Translations under genes and position numbers: made by a program
The notes under the pieces: model-generated
What the model saw: the letters and a program-made list of their open reading frames with translations, nothing else
The model's database searches: none
Told to the model about the DNA's origin: nothing
Shown here: piece by piece, positions 12,922 to 25,305 of the stretch
Layout of the letters: each line of letters begins with the position of its first letter
How positions within the stretch are numbered: position 1 is the stretch's first letter
Source of the DNA: Octopus vulgaris
Lineage: Eukaryota
Length of the DNA stretch: 64,000 nt
Direction of reading: 5' to 3'
Assembly: GCA_951406725.2 (NCBI GenBank)
Contig: OX597816.1
Span: 148,986,001 to 149,050,000, forward strand

Positions 12922-14239
12922 TTTTAAGAATAGTTGAATCTGTAAGCGATATAAGAAAAAAGCTCCCTTAGCCTGACAAACGCTGATGGTAAAAGCGTAT
13001 CAATATATAAAATACTAAAGCGAATTATATGTAATCAGTTTTAACTATGCTACAATGAATTTCTTCAGGAATATAATGCAACATTAAAATAGCTTTAGCT
13101 ACACTACATGCTTCCGTAAGAAATCTACTTGTGGAAGTCTACGGTCACATCCCACTATTTTTAATTTTCATAGGCTGTATGCAAATTGTGACCCAAAGAT
13201 AAAATTTGGGAATGTTATGCAAGTTTTTGTTTATTATTGAATATTCTCAATAATTATGAATTATTTCAGATGTATCGTATTTATGTATCCAGTGAAAAAC
13301 AAACAAAAAGAACCTCAAAGCTCCCACCTCCCGGGGATGTTGAAGTGAGCAATGCACAATGTGAAGTCGGTGAACTGTCAAATTGAAAACATAAAATTAT
13401 ATTGTATGAAAATGTATGATTATGTGTAGTATAACACAAAAATTATAAAAATTATTTGATAGTAAAATATGGTCACTATTTAAAGATGATTACATTTTTT
13501 AATGTTTTCCGTGAAGTTTTCACAGGTTGAGGTAGTTTATATAAATCTGTAGAATACGTCAGGTATATTTCATATGATAGATCGAAAGAAAGAGAGTGAA
13601 AGAGAAACAGAGAGAGGGACAGGCATTTATTAATAATATAACTATATATTAGGTTATTGTATGGAAGTATATGGGAAATACATGTTACAGAACTTTCCAA
13701 TATTATAGATAGATAATATATTGTCCTTTTCTTTTTACAAAATCAAGGGAAACAACTCGAATTAAATCCTGACTTATTTCCCTTGGTGTGACAAACACAG
13801 ACGGTATAAGCATATTATAATATAGAAGATGGTCTTCACTTGCACAATATTTGTCTTTTTAAAGGCAGTGTAAGGGATTAGCACTCACTTGCATTAGATT
13901 CAAAATCTGAACTCCTAAATTCGATAAATATATATATATAGCAGGAGTGCCCGGCGTTGCTAGTGGTATGAATGCTTCATCATTCTAAAAACACTTATAT
14001 TCTAGTCTAACAACTAGCGCTACCAAAACTTTTTTGAAAAACATACAGAATTCCATGCCAAAATGTACCAAAATTCACAAAAATATACACAATATTTTTG
14101 AAATGTCACGACCACAAAAATAGAGAAAAATACCAGTTTTTCAACATCTTTGTTCTGGCGAATGGCGTGTTGTTCTTTGTTTTCTGCAGACTGCACAGCA
14201 GCATTTGCTGTAGCATACCTGGCAGCAAAAGTTTTTTCT

Positions 14240-14729
14240 CCACCAGAGTTCTGGACCCTAGCAATGAACTCGTTTGCATACAGCCAATCAGAGCTCACCT
14301 TGTCAAGTTAGCAAGCACACTCTACCAAGTAAATTTAAGACAAACAATGGTGTTGTAAATTGACTGATCACCAAGTTATGCCTGATTTTAGAAGGAGACA
14401 AGTATTAGATAAATTTGCATCTATACCTATTATCAGATTTTGTTAGGGGGCCCCATATGGTAAAGATGTGGGTAGAGGGTGATATGCTAGCAACCCTCTC
14501 CCCTTACTGTTTTAGAAAGTAAACAACACAAATAACTATGCAGAGACAGCCATGGTTGAAACAAGAACAAACATTATTAAAAGAGAAAAGAAGCATCATC
14601 ATTCCTTACCCAAGTGACCTTATCTTATTGCCCATCACTTGTTATGCACACATAAATTATTTTGATAGTTGAGCTCTGATTGGCTGTATGCAAATGAGTT
14701 CATAACTAGGGTCTGGAACTTTCGTGGGA
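14240..14729. mobile_element. MITE-like element with about 55-bp terminal inverted repeats
   Basis: gttctggaccctagcaatgaactcgtttgcatacagccaatcagagctca is inverted at 14670-14722. Confidence 0.6.
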
Positions 14730-16617
14730 TAGATATTTCGCTACCAGGCATGGCGAATGGCAAGATGTTCTTCATTCTCCGCAATTCTTACAGCATTCCT
14801 GGCACAGCAAATGACGCGCTGTTCTTCATTCTTTGCAGTTCATGCAGCAGGGGTTGCTATAACTGTAGCATTCCTGGCATGGTGAATGGCATGCTGTTCT
14901 TTGTTCTCTGCAACTCACACAGCAGCAGTTGCTATAGCATCTTGTATGACAAATAATATGCTGTGACTGAATCAGGTTAGCGTATACTGTAGCTATTAAC
15001 GAAGCATTTCTGATCTGGCGACTGCTATACTGCTCTTTGCTTTCCATGGCTCTTGCGGTGACTGTGCAACCAGCATTTTGTGAATGTCTTCATGCAGTCT
15101 AGTGTGAGGATTCATTTGCTCTCCTTCTCTTCGATGTCTCAACTGCAGCAGTTTTGCAACCAATACGGGCTCTTTTCTTAGGTGGCATTATCTCAGAGTT
15201 TAGAAGCTTCAATTACAAAATGCAGATGTAGCAAAAGTAAATTTAAATACACAGAGGGCAAAAATTTCAGAGGGAGAAAACGAAGAAAATCAGTTGGAAA
15301 CTGCAGAAGTGTTTGGAGAAAAACCCATGTAAAACAGTTTTTCTAGATGGAAGTTAGTGTGTGTGTGAGTGAGTGAGAGAGAGACAGGGTGAAAGAAACA
15401 GACATAGACTAAAAGAGAGGAACTATTACAGAGGGTGAGAGAAAATATCAGTAAGCAACAGAAATAGAGAATGAGATGAGACAGAGAAGAGAGAAACAAA
15501 GAGAGAGAGAAAAGGAAGAGAATCGGTTGAAAATTGCAGAGGTTTTTAGAGAAAAACCCATGTCATCATCATCATTTAGCGTCCACTTTCCATGCTAGCA
15601 TGGGTTGGACAGTTCAACTGGGGTCTGTGAAGCCAGAAGGCTGCATTGGCCCAGTCTGATCTGGCAGTGTTTCTACGGCTGGATGCCCTTCCTAACGCCA
15701 ACCACTCCGTGAGTGTAGTGGGTGCTTTTTAGGTGCCACCCGCAGAGGTGCCAGATGGAGCTGGCAAACGGCCAGGGACGGATGGTGGTTTTTACGTGCG
15801 ACCGGCACGGAGGCCAGTCGGGGTGGCGCTGGCAATGGCCACAATCGGATGGTTCGCTTACTTGTCACCGGCACTGGTATCACAGCTGCAATTTCCATTG
15901 ATGTTGATCGACTTCGATTTTGGTTCTGCTTTCTGATATCTGATTTGATTTGATTTTGATATTGATTTTCACTTGCCTCAACGGGTCTTCACAAGTGGAG
16001 TTTTGTGTCCCAAGAAGGAAAGGTATGTATAAGTCGACTGACTACATACCAGGTAGAGGCCACGGGTTATGGTTTCACTAGTCTTGCCGGGTCTTCTCAC
16101 GCACAACATACTTCCATAGGTCTTGGTCTCTAGTCATTTCCTTGGTGAGACCTAAAGTTCGAAGGTTGTGCTTCACCACCTTGTCCCAGGTTTTCCTGGG
16201 CCTACCTCTTCCACAAGTTCCCTCAACCGCTAGGGTGTGGCACTTTTGCACACAACTATCTTCAGCCATTCTTGTCACATGACCATACCAGCGCAAACGT
16301 CTCTCTTGCACACCACAACTGATGCTTCTTAGGTCCAACTTTTCTCTCAAGGTACTTACACTCTGTCGAGTATGAACACTGACATTACACATCCATCGGA
16401 GCATACTGGCTTCATTTCTTGCAAGCTTACGCATATCCTCAGCAGTCACAGCCCATGTTTCACTACCATGTAGCATGGCTGTTTGTACACATGCATCATA
16501 CAGTCTGCCTTTTACTCTGAGCGAGAGGCCTTTTGTCACCAGCAGGGGTAAGAGCTCTCTGAAATTTGCCCAGGCTATTCTTACTCTAGCAGTTACACTT
16601 TCAGCACACCCACCCCC

Positions 16618-16831
16618 GGGTGCGACCTGCGATCGCGGCTTCGGTTGCATGTATTAGCTCTAGAATTGCCACAGTTATCCACTCTCCTCGCGGTGGAAGA
16701 ATACGGTCCCGAGGATTAGGTCCGGTTCCTGAGCCATTCGCGGTTTCACCATTCGTTTACGGCATGAACTTACACTTGCATGGCTTAAGCTTTGAGACAA
16801 GCATATGACTACTGGCAGGATCAACCAGGTA
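16618..16831 (-). rRNA. 18S rRNA 5'-end fragment (non-functional copy) embedded in the LINE
   Basis: Minus strand from 16831 reads TACCTGGTTGATCCTGCCAGTAGTCATATGCTTGTCTCAAAG..TTAAGCCATGCA..GTGAAACCGCGAATGGCTCA..GGATAACTGTGGCAATTCTAGAGCTAATACATGC, the universal eukaryotic SSU 5' end. Confidence 0.95.
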
Positions 16832-16982
16832 TCACCGACGTTTCAAAAGAACGAAGCGCGGCAGCTCGGGAAGCAGCCGCTGCCGATCGGTAAAAATGAG
16901 AAGAAAAGGAATCGGCGGGCCGAAAACAGAGGCGTGAGCGCTCACGAGTTCGGCCGCCGTTCGTATACGCGCACGCCTCCTT
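16832..16982 (-). other. Probable rDNA 5' external transcribed spacer fragment
   Basis: GC/CpG-rich non-LINE sequence directly upstream of the 18S 5' end. Confidence 0.7.
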
Positions 16983-18425
16983 CTCCAGTTTTTCTCCCTG
17001 GAACGTGGTAGAAGTTGGTCTCTGCACATTTTCAGTGTTTATTGCTCCTGAGCATCTGCCACAAACAAAAACTATTTTCCTAGTTAGCCTTCCTTTGACA
17101 TTGCTGCACCTTTTATGTGTCCATAGCTTACACTTGGTGCATCTTATAGAGTTTCTACCTACACCTTTTCTACAGATCGAGCAGGGCCATCTACCTGAAG
17201 GCGTTTGTGATTGGTCTACCTTCCTACTTATTAGGACTTTGGTTTTGGCTAGGTTGATTCTAAGGCCCTTCGATTCTAAACCTTGCTTCCACACCTGAAA
17301 CTTCTCCAGTTCTGATAGTGACTCAGCAATTAGAGCAAGGTCATCAGCATAGAGGAGCTCCCAGGGACATCCTGTCTTGAATTCCTCCGTTATTGCCTGG
17401 AGGACTATGATAAATAGGAGGTGACTGAGGACTGAACCTTGGTGGACCCCAACCTCTACCCGGAATTCTTCACTGTACTCGTTACCAACCCTCACCTTAC
17501 TAGCAGCGTCTCTGTACATGGCTCGCACAGCTCTCACTAACCATTCGTCTATCCCTAGTTTCCTCATTGACCACCAGATAAGGGATCAGGGGACCCTGTC
17601 GAAGGCTTTCTCCATGTCAACAAAAGCCAGGTACAGGGGCTTATCTTTGACTAGGTATGTAAAATACCATTTTCCTTGTTTCTTGCTTCACGCAGCAGCT
17701 CTGGGCAGAATGTTATAGTTCATTACCATCCTTGGTACATAAGTAATTGTGGGTATGAAGTTTGATGAAAATGCATACGTACTACACACACAGAGACATC
17801 CTTTGTTTTTATATGTGTGTATATATATATATATCATGATGAAGCTTCTTTGCTGGAGTCGACATGAGAAAATAATTAAAATATGATTTTAAACCCTGCC
17901 AAGATTGACCCATACCAATTTAGTAATGAATTTGATTCCAAATTTGTGATTTTGTATCAAATGTAGAAATGTTGATTTTTTCTTTATTTAGCACAAAGAC
18001 AATTGGATATTTTTACAATATTTCATTTTAGATGTATTCTTTAGTTAAGGAATTCAAATTCTGAATTTGATAAAACCACTGTCTTTTAGCCTAATCTGGT
18101 GATGACTTCACGTTTATTTTGTAAATAATGAAAAGATTGGAACAATTGGGTAGTTTACTTATTTTGAAGTCTTAGAATAAACTATATATTTTCGTGTTTC
18201 ATTGAAGCACGTTGTTAAATTATTCTTATTAATTCTTATTTTTATAAAGTCCCTAAGGGTTCGCATTTTCTTCCCAGAAAGTTTATTATAAGAAACAAGT
18301 TCATTACACAGTTATTCATACCTAATATTTTTTTAAAACATATTTTGCGTAATGCCAAGTTTTTCTAAATTTTCTATGCATTATATTTAATTCAGATATA
18401 TCATCACATATGTAGAAGATAGTTA

Positions 18426-19619
18426 TTAGGTTGTCAAGAAAGTTCTTGCGGTTTTTAACCTTTAAATACAGATGCACATATCTCGGCTCAAACAAAACAT
18501 TATTAATCAAAATGAACACCATCCGAATTAACACACTTTTGTCAATGCGAAACAAATGTATTTATGCCAGTAGCATAAAAATCCTGTGTTCTAGTGGCAA
18601 TGAAGTCGTTGAAGGTGTCTTTCGCATCATCTTGATTTTTGAAGCATTTCTCACACAGGAAGTTGTCAAGATGCTTGAAAGAGTGGTAGTTATTAAGCGG
18701 GAGGTCTGGTGAGTATGGCAGATGAGGCAGAGTTTCGTAGCCCAATTCGTTCAACTTCTGCAAGATCAGTTGTGTGACGTGTGGCAGAGCACTGTCATGA
18801 AGAATCGGTCTTTATGCATTTCATCCATTTGCTGACAGTACTTCTCTGCCGGAATGGTTTCGCCTGGATCCAAAAAGCTGTGATAGATGAGACCAGTGGC
18901 AGACCACCAAACAGTCACCATGACCTTCTTTTGGTACAACTTTGGCTTTGGCGGTATCCAACCACTGAGCTGAGCGTTTCTGGTTGTCGTAAAGAAACCA
19001 ATTTCTATCACAAGTCACAATCTGGTTGAGAAATGGATCATTCTTGTTGTGTAAAAGAAGGGAAGACGACACTTCAAAATGGCGGCACTCATTTCTCAAG
19101 TAATTTTGTTTTTCCAGTCTCTTTCAAGTGGTTGGAAATTGTCGTATACGCTACATCTAATTCAGAAGCAAACTCTCGAACAGTTGTGCATGGTTTGGCT
19201 TTAACTAAGGCTCTTAGTTGATCATTGTCAACATTCAATGACCAACCACTATGCTTATCATCTTCAAGACTCTTATCACCACTATGAAATTTCTTGAACC
19301 ACCCTTGTGCTGCACGTTCATTAGTGGTTCCTGGGCCAAACGCATCATTGATATCGCAAGCTGTTTCAGCAGCTTTTTGCCCTAGCTTGAACTGGAATAA
19401 GAAAATTGTGCAATTTTGCTTTTTGTCCATGTTGTATTCAACGTTCTAGAAAATATGGCTTTAGTATTCAAAAAGAAAAAGTGTAACACGATTAGATAGA
19501 GCAAAACACGGGCTTTAAAATGATGTATAAAGTCAAAGTAATTTAACAAAAATTAATTTGAAAATACATCATTTACAACCAAAATTAAAAATTCCGCAAG
19601 AACTTTCTTGACAACCTAA
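18426..19619 (-). mobile_element. Mariner transposon (Hsmar1/cecropia-like), inactivated
   Basis: TIR ttaggttgtcaagaaagttcttgcgg at both ends, TA duplication at 18424-5 and 19620-1, empty site gatagtTAcatgg at about 34584. Motifs WFKKF, IVTCD, KKVMVTVWW, HLPYSPDL. Confidence 0.92.
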
Positions 19620-19790
19620 TACATGGTACTAAAACACAGCAGGCATGATTAATCATTCATTGCAAAAAAAAAAACTAACGGTAAGCAGGAGGAAACAAAA
19701 CAATTATAATATTTATAATGTGAAAATAATAGAACCACGTTAAGTGATTTTCAAGTATTTTGTAATAGCAAAGAGGAGGAAATAAATTAA

Positions 19791-19860
19791 ACTTACCCGA
19801 GAAGGGACAACAATAGATGAAATATTCGTTTCCAGAGCCTCCAGGTTCGATAACTCTCAT
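19791..19860 (-). promoter_or_regulatory. Putative non-coding first exon of copy A (proximal)
   Basis: CGG|GTAAGT at 19797/19796; homologous to 2038-2110. Confidence 0.4.
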
Positions 19861-20911
19861 AAATGTTGAATTAGCTTTTTCAACTAGCCTCTGATAAACC
19901 TCAATAACAATGATATTGCCGTTAAGAAAAGCTTCAAACTTCAGTAAAATATAATTTAATGTTAATGGATTTAAAATTATTCATATTTAAGTAAATATTT
20001 ATATTCAAGTAAAAGAAACCATCAAAATTGAGTGTAATTTCATAATGAAATATTTGGAAAAGTGGTGACGATATGATTAACAGAAATTACTAGATGCAGA
20101 CCACTGTTCCTATTGTTATTTGACAATATAAAAAGCTCAGGGTGCTACTGGTCTCATGTGATCAAAAGAATTTAAAAAATCATAAAAGAACACTTTGAAG
20201 AATGATGTTGTCCTTCAATACAGTATGTCTACAAAGAAAGATGGTTTGGCTAGGACTGGAATATATTTGAACTTACGTCTGCTCAATGTGAGCTTTAAAA
20301 AAACAACTGAGATGGGGCTAATAACACTTCATGCCAGACATATTTCTCTGAACATAGGTGTTGTAAGTATCTTTTAATAGGTACTTGACATTCGAGGTAT
20401 CTTTCAAAATCACGAAGACACGTATATCAAAGAAATTTAACTGTAACACCTCATAATCACAATACGCCCTTTCACCAATAAATTACAAGGTATACGGAGC
20501 AGAAAAATTAAGAGAGATAATGGGTTTTTTTAAATAGTGCTTGCGAGCCCATTACAATATCATATTTAGCACTGCTCTCATTCACTAATGGAATGAGTTA
20601 TGGTTAAAGAAATCCCAATCTTTTTTTCTTTTAAATTACCAGATAATCTATGGCACTTCTTGGACAGTGGGGAGGAATGAAATTTGACCAGGATTTTGCA
20701 AGTAACAGTTCTATCATCTCTTTGGATAATTGTGGTACCAATACATATTATTGGATTAGTTCCCCTTGAACACCACTATGAATTCGCCATTTTACGTGCG
20801 ATTTTATTTTGCATACGCTGAATTACATTGGATTCAAAATCTAAACTCCTAAAATATATATGATGAAGCTTCTTTACTGGATTTAACACGAGAAAATAAA
20901 TAAAATATGAT

Positions 20912-21244
20912 GGTAAATTTATAGTTTCACACCAGACTCGATGTCTGTACTAAATAATTTTGACACCACACATGGACACATACACACAAAAAAACATCGA
21001 ACGTTTTTGGTGAGATTTAAAAGAATGAGTGAAAAGACCTAGTATTCGTCCAAACCATCTACACCAGTACCTAGCCAGGTATTTATTTATCTCTGCTACA
21101 GAAAAAAAAATTGCTACATCAATTTTTTATTGAGGTAGCAAAATTATATACACGATGTCAACTAAGACGATTGCACCCAAAACAATTCTGGGAAGAAATT
21201 ATTGAGTACCGAAATCTAGTCTGGCGTGAAACTATAAATTTACC
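20912..21244. mobile_element. MITE with GG..CC termini
   Basis: ggtaaatttatagtttcacaccagac / gtctggcgtgaaactataaatttacc inverted pair; absent from paralogous blocks. Confidence 0.75.
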
Positions 21245-21931
21245 AATAGACCCAGACCAATGAATTCGATTCCAAATTTGTAGTTTTATATCAAATGTAG
21301 AAATGCCGATTATTTTTTTTATTTCGCACAAATTGGGTATTTTTACGATATTTAATTTCAGATGTATTGTTTAGTTCAGGGATTCAAATTTTGAATTCGA
21401 TAAAAGTAATGTGTATATGCCTTTTAACCTAATCTAATGATCACTACCCGTTAATTTTGGAAATAAAGAACAGATTGGAACGATTGAGCACTTTACTCAT
21501 TTTGGAGTCTTAGAATAAACTATATATTTTTGTGTTTCATTGAAGCATGTTGATAAATTATTCTTATTTTCATAACCTCCCTGCGACTTGGCATTTTCTT
21601 CCCAGAAAGTTTGTAATAAGAAACAATTTGATTACAGAGTTGTTCTTTACTAATATTTTTTGAAACATTTTGCGTAATGCCGAGTTTTTCTGAATTTCCT
21701 ATGCATTATATTTAATTCAGATATCACATACATGTAGAAGATGGTTACAAGGTAAAATGTTATTCACTAAAGCACGGCAGGCATGATTAACCATTCATCG
21801 CAAAAAAAAAAACAATATGGGTAACCAGGGGGAAACAAAAAAAATTATAATATTTAAGAAGTGAAAGTAATAGAACCACGTTAAACGATTTTCGAGTATT
21901 TCATAATAGCAAACCGGTGGAAATAAATTAA

Positions 21932-22000
21932 ACTTACCCGAGAAGGGCCTAACAGTAGGTGCAATGTTCGTTTCCAGAGTCTCCAGGTTCGATAACTCTT
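21932..22000 (-). promoter_or_regulatory. Duplicated putative non-coding first exon upstream of copy A (distal)
   Basis: CGG|GTAAGT at 21938/21937 within a second copy of the upstream block (about 20750-22625). Confidence 0.4.
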
Positions 22001-23202
22001 AATTATTAATGGATTAGCTTTTTCAACTAGCTTCAGATAAACCTCAATGACAATGATATCGCCTCCAAGCAACGCTTCAAAACTTCAGTAAAATATAATT
22101 TAATCGTAATGGATTTAAAATTATTTATATTTTAAGTAAATATTTATATTCAAGTAAAAGAAACCATGAAAATTGGGTGTAATTTCATAATGTAATTTTT
22201 GGAAAAGTGGTGACGTTATGATTAACTAACAGAAAATTTTAGATGCAGACCACTATACCTATTGTTATTTGACACTATAAAAACCCGAGGGTGCTCTTTG
22301 GTCACAGATGATCCCTGGTCAAATAGTTTTGGGGTCAAAAGTGTTCCAAAAGTCATAAAAGGTGAAGGACATTTTGAATAATGTTGCCCTTAAATACGCT
22401 GTCAAAAAAAAAAACAAAAAAAAACTAGAACTGGAATACCTTTGAATCCGCACAATGTGGGCATAGCAAACAAAAAGTTGGGAGGGGTCTTGTAACAACG
22501 CTTCATGCCAGACATGTTTCTAGAACATAGAAGTTGTAAGCATCTTTTAATAGCGACTTGACATTCAAGTTATCTTTCAACATCACAAAGACACATATAT
22601 CAAGGAAATTTAATTGTAACACAAACCTTCAGCCATGAACAACACAACCAAAGCACTGAAAGTAACTATAAATGCTGGACCTCACAATTACTATTTGTCT
22701 CTTAAGCTAAACCTCATTATATCATTGCCAAAACTGCTCTACAAAGACAGTGATTCCTCTTCAAGGTCAGCAAATACTTTAGCTGACCACTTACAAAGCT
22801 TAAGGAAGCCCAACATAGGAGAACTGCTCACAGTTGACATACCAGATATGAAAATCAAATATGTGCAAAATTTAAGTAATTCCATTCAAATTGTTACTTC
22901 CCTGCATTACTCCCAACAGAATTTACTGGGTGCTATTTTCATGCCACCATCAGTAGTTTATAATATTTTATTATGTCCCTTCACATTCCAAATTCAAATC
23001 TCTACTGGGCTGACACTGCATTTCCTCCTTCTAGCATCCGTTTACACCAAAGATGATCCTAAAAGCCCATGACAGAATCACAAGGCATTTCTGTTCACAC
23101 TGCAATTTCATCATCACCTACTGATGATGTGAGAAACTTGTAGTGAGAAACTTGATTCAAACTTCGTTTATTTCACAATGATATTTAATTAATCTCTCTC
23201 TC

Positions 23203-25120
23203 TCTATCTATATATATAACTGAGAATGTGTGTATCACTAAAACTCGAGAACTACCCAACCGATTTCCTTTAAACTTTACACATTCCTTTCTTAGGGTCC
23301 ATGGAGTGTCATGGGCCAAAAAATATTTTCAACTTCTTGCCTAATGCGAGCAAGGAGCAATCTCATAGACTGTTTCAGTATTACATGTCAAAAGTAAAAC
23401 AATAGCATCTCTGTTGTAATGAAATATAATAGTTTCACTTTTAATAGTTTCATTTTTATCACTTTGACTATGTATATATACTTGTTTGTTAAATCGCAGT
23501 ATGTGTATAATGACTAATGCATACATTTTCACAATTCTCAACCGATTTTCCCCAAATCTTACAAATATATTAATTGTGTCCCAAGGATGGTCATGCATTA
23601 TAACATTTTGCCCAGAACTTCCACGAAAATGGACATAGTTTTTTGTATGTAGGATCTTCCATACTTTTTTAATCCGTTTTACAAAAGTGAAAGGGTTTTG
23701 TCTATTCATTTACTCCGACTGTCCACCTGCGCGGTGATCCTGTCAGGAAACAGAATTTGGAAGCTGTCATTTTGTTTTCATGTAAATAAATGTTTATGTT
23801 AATTTAAAAGTTTTATCAAAAAATCTTATTTAGCACAACACGTATTATGTCTCCGGTAATTTTCTTCCATGTAAAAAAATGTTATGTTAATTTAAAAGAT
23901 TTTCCAAATTCGTTAAAGGTACATAGTTTTTTTGTGTGTAGGGTTTTCCATACTTTTTAAAACTTATGTCGTCGTATATGGCATTCTAGAATATTTATGA
24001 CTGTGATTAAATTGACTAGGAACACTGTACGCGATGAATATCCAATACAAAACAATTTTAATTTCAATATTTAAGCTGCATTGACCTTTAGCAAGCTTAC
24101 CTTTACCTATTCTGAGTTACTTGAAAGGTGATGTTCCATTTCCTCTCTTCTATTTGTTAATACCTTTGTTTACCTACCAATGTGCTGTTTCACTTTAAGG
24201 ATGCTTATTTTGCCATCCATTATGAAATTTCGATTGTTGTCCATTGTTTCAAATACGTTTTAGCATTGAAGTTCTAGCCTTGGATCTTTTCGGTTTGAAC
24301 GGCAGTTTTTTCTCGCCGTGTCATATGAAATTGTCATCCATAATTATGACCCTAGTATCGATCTATTGCATTTCAATCTGTTTTAGGGTTAGGGGTGGGG
24401 GGAAGGGTATTTTTTTCCATCAGAAATTTAAATAAACCCAATCTGTTTCTTAAACGAGGGACATATTCATACGGCACAGAATGTTTTCACCTCAATAGAC
24501 GTATTTGATTGGTTGAAATTGCAGAAAAAAAACAACAAATATCTTAAAAACTATAGAATTTTCTCAATAAAGCCAAGAGAAAAAGATGTTTTATAAATAC
24601 ATTCTACCCATATACGAAGTTTAAAATTTTTTAGTTACCTAGAAATTATGTTAAAAACTGCCGTTCAAACCGAAAAGATCCCTAGCCTTTTTTAAACAAT
24701 CACATGATTCGTCCCAAAGAATTAACCTTTAAATAAGTGTTTTGCTACCGCTAGCGAACGTTATACGTATCTTTCAGAAAGCTCCATACCTATTTCATTT
24801 TACGCGGCATTCACTGTTACCTTATGCGCAAGCTATGTGGAAAGACATAATAAAGTGACTTTTGTTAGCTTATAATAGAATCAATAATCACTTGGTACAC
24901 TAAAACCTATTTTCCTTTTCCAGATAATAGAAGCATGCCACCTAAAATGAGAGCACACATTAGCATAAAGTCTTCTGCAGCAGTACTGACAGGCTAAGGA
25001 AACTGAGGACCAGAGGTCCTGCACGAAAAAGCTGCCACTGCTAGAGCTGCAACTACTCCAGAGCAGCATGAAACTTATTGAGTGCGTGCTGCTGATGCAA
25101 GGGCCACAGAAACCCCATAA
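23203..25120 (+). mobile_element. Non-autonomous Helitron-like relic
   Basis: 5' TCTATCTATATATATAA followed by gtgtgt, internal direct repeats, and decayed ORF start MPPKMRAHIS.. ATTPEQHET at 24935; 3' end not identified. Confidence 0.45.
24282..24681. mobile_element. MITE, Merlin-like (GG..CC ends, 8-bp TSD)
   Basis: TIR ggatcttttcggtttgaacggcagtttt; TSD ctagcctt at 24274-81 and 24682-89. Confidence 0.85.
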
Positions 25121-25144
25121 AAGTGTGCTATTCGTCAGGCACGC

Positions 25145-25305
25145 AATGCTGCATCAACCCATTTCTTTGCAAGAAGTACATCCATGCCCCTGACCTCGTC
25201 AGTGTTCCCTGCCCAGAAAATCTTGTACCTGTGTTCTTTGCCTGTGAGGAACCTAGCAGAACCTCCTCTCCATCTTACTTCTTGGAGGCAGCACAAATCA
25301 CCTCT
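25145..25305 (-). mobile_element. RTE LINE apurinic-endonuclease fragment
   Basis: DLCCLQEVRWRGGSARFL..YKIFWAG. Confidence 0.65.

Larger units (their letters stand above)
15563..17657 (-). mobile_element. 5'-truncated RTE-clade LINE (RT C-terminal part, PHD-like Cys motif, 3'UTR, (GAT)n tail)
   Basis: VGVHQGSVLS, LLYADD, CSIC..CTKC..H..C..CGRC, HGSETW, RRLRWYGHV, GRGRPRKTW; tail gatgatgatga at 15563-15574. Confidence 0.92.
13938..17820 (-). mobile_element. Degenerate Helitron-like element with nested MITE and RTE LINE
   Basis: 3'-type end gcaacgccgggcactcctgCTA at about 13938-13960, like the hairpin-CTAG end at 61489. Decayed ORF MPPKKRARIG.. from 15188 with AENKEQHAIR repeats. The segment is absent from paralogs. 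Confidence 0.55.

Noticed and set aside
16618-16831. Functional rRNA locus or contamination
   Set aside because: Only about 210 nt of 18S, flanked on both sides by collinear LINE sequence.
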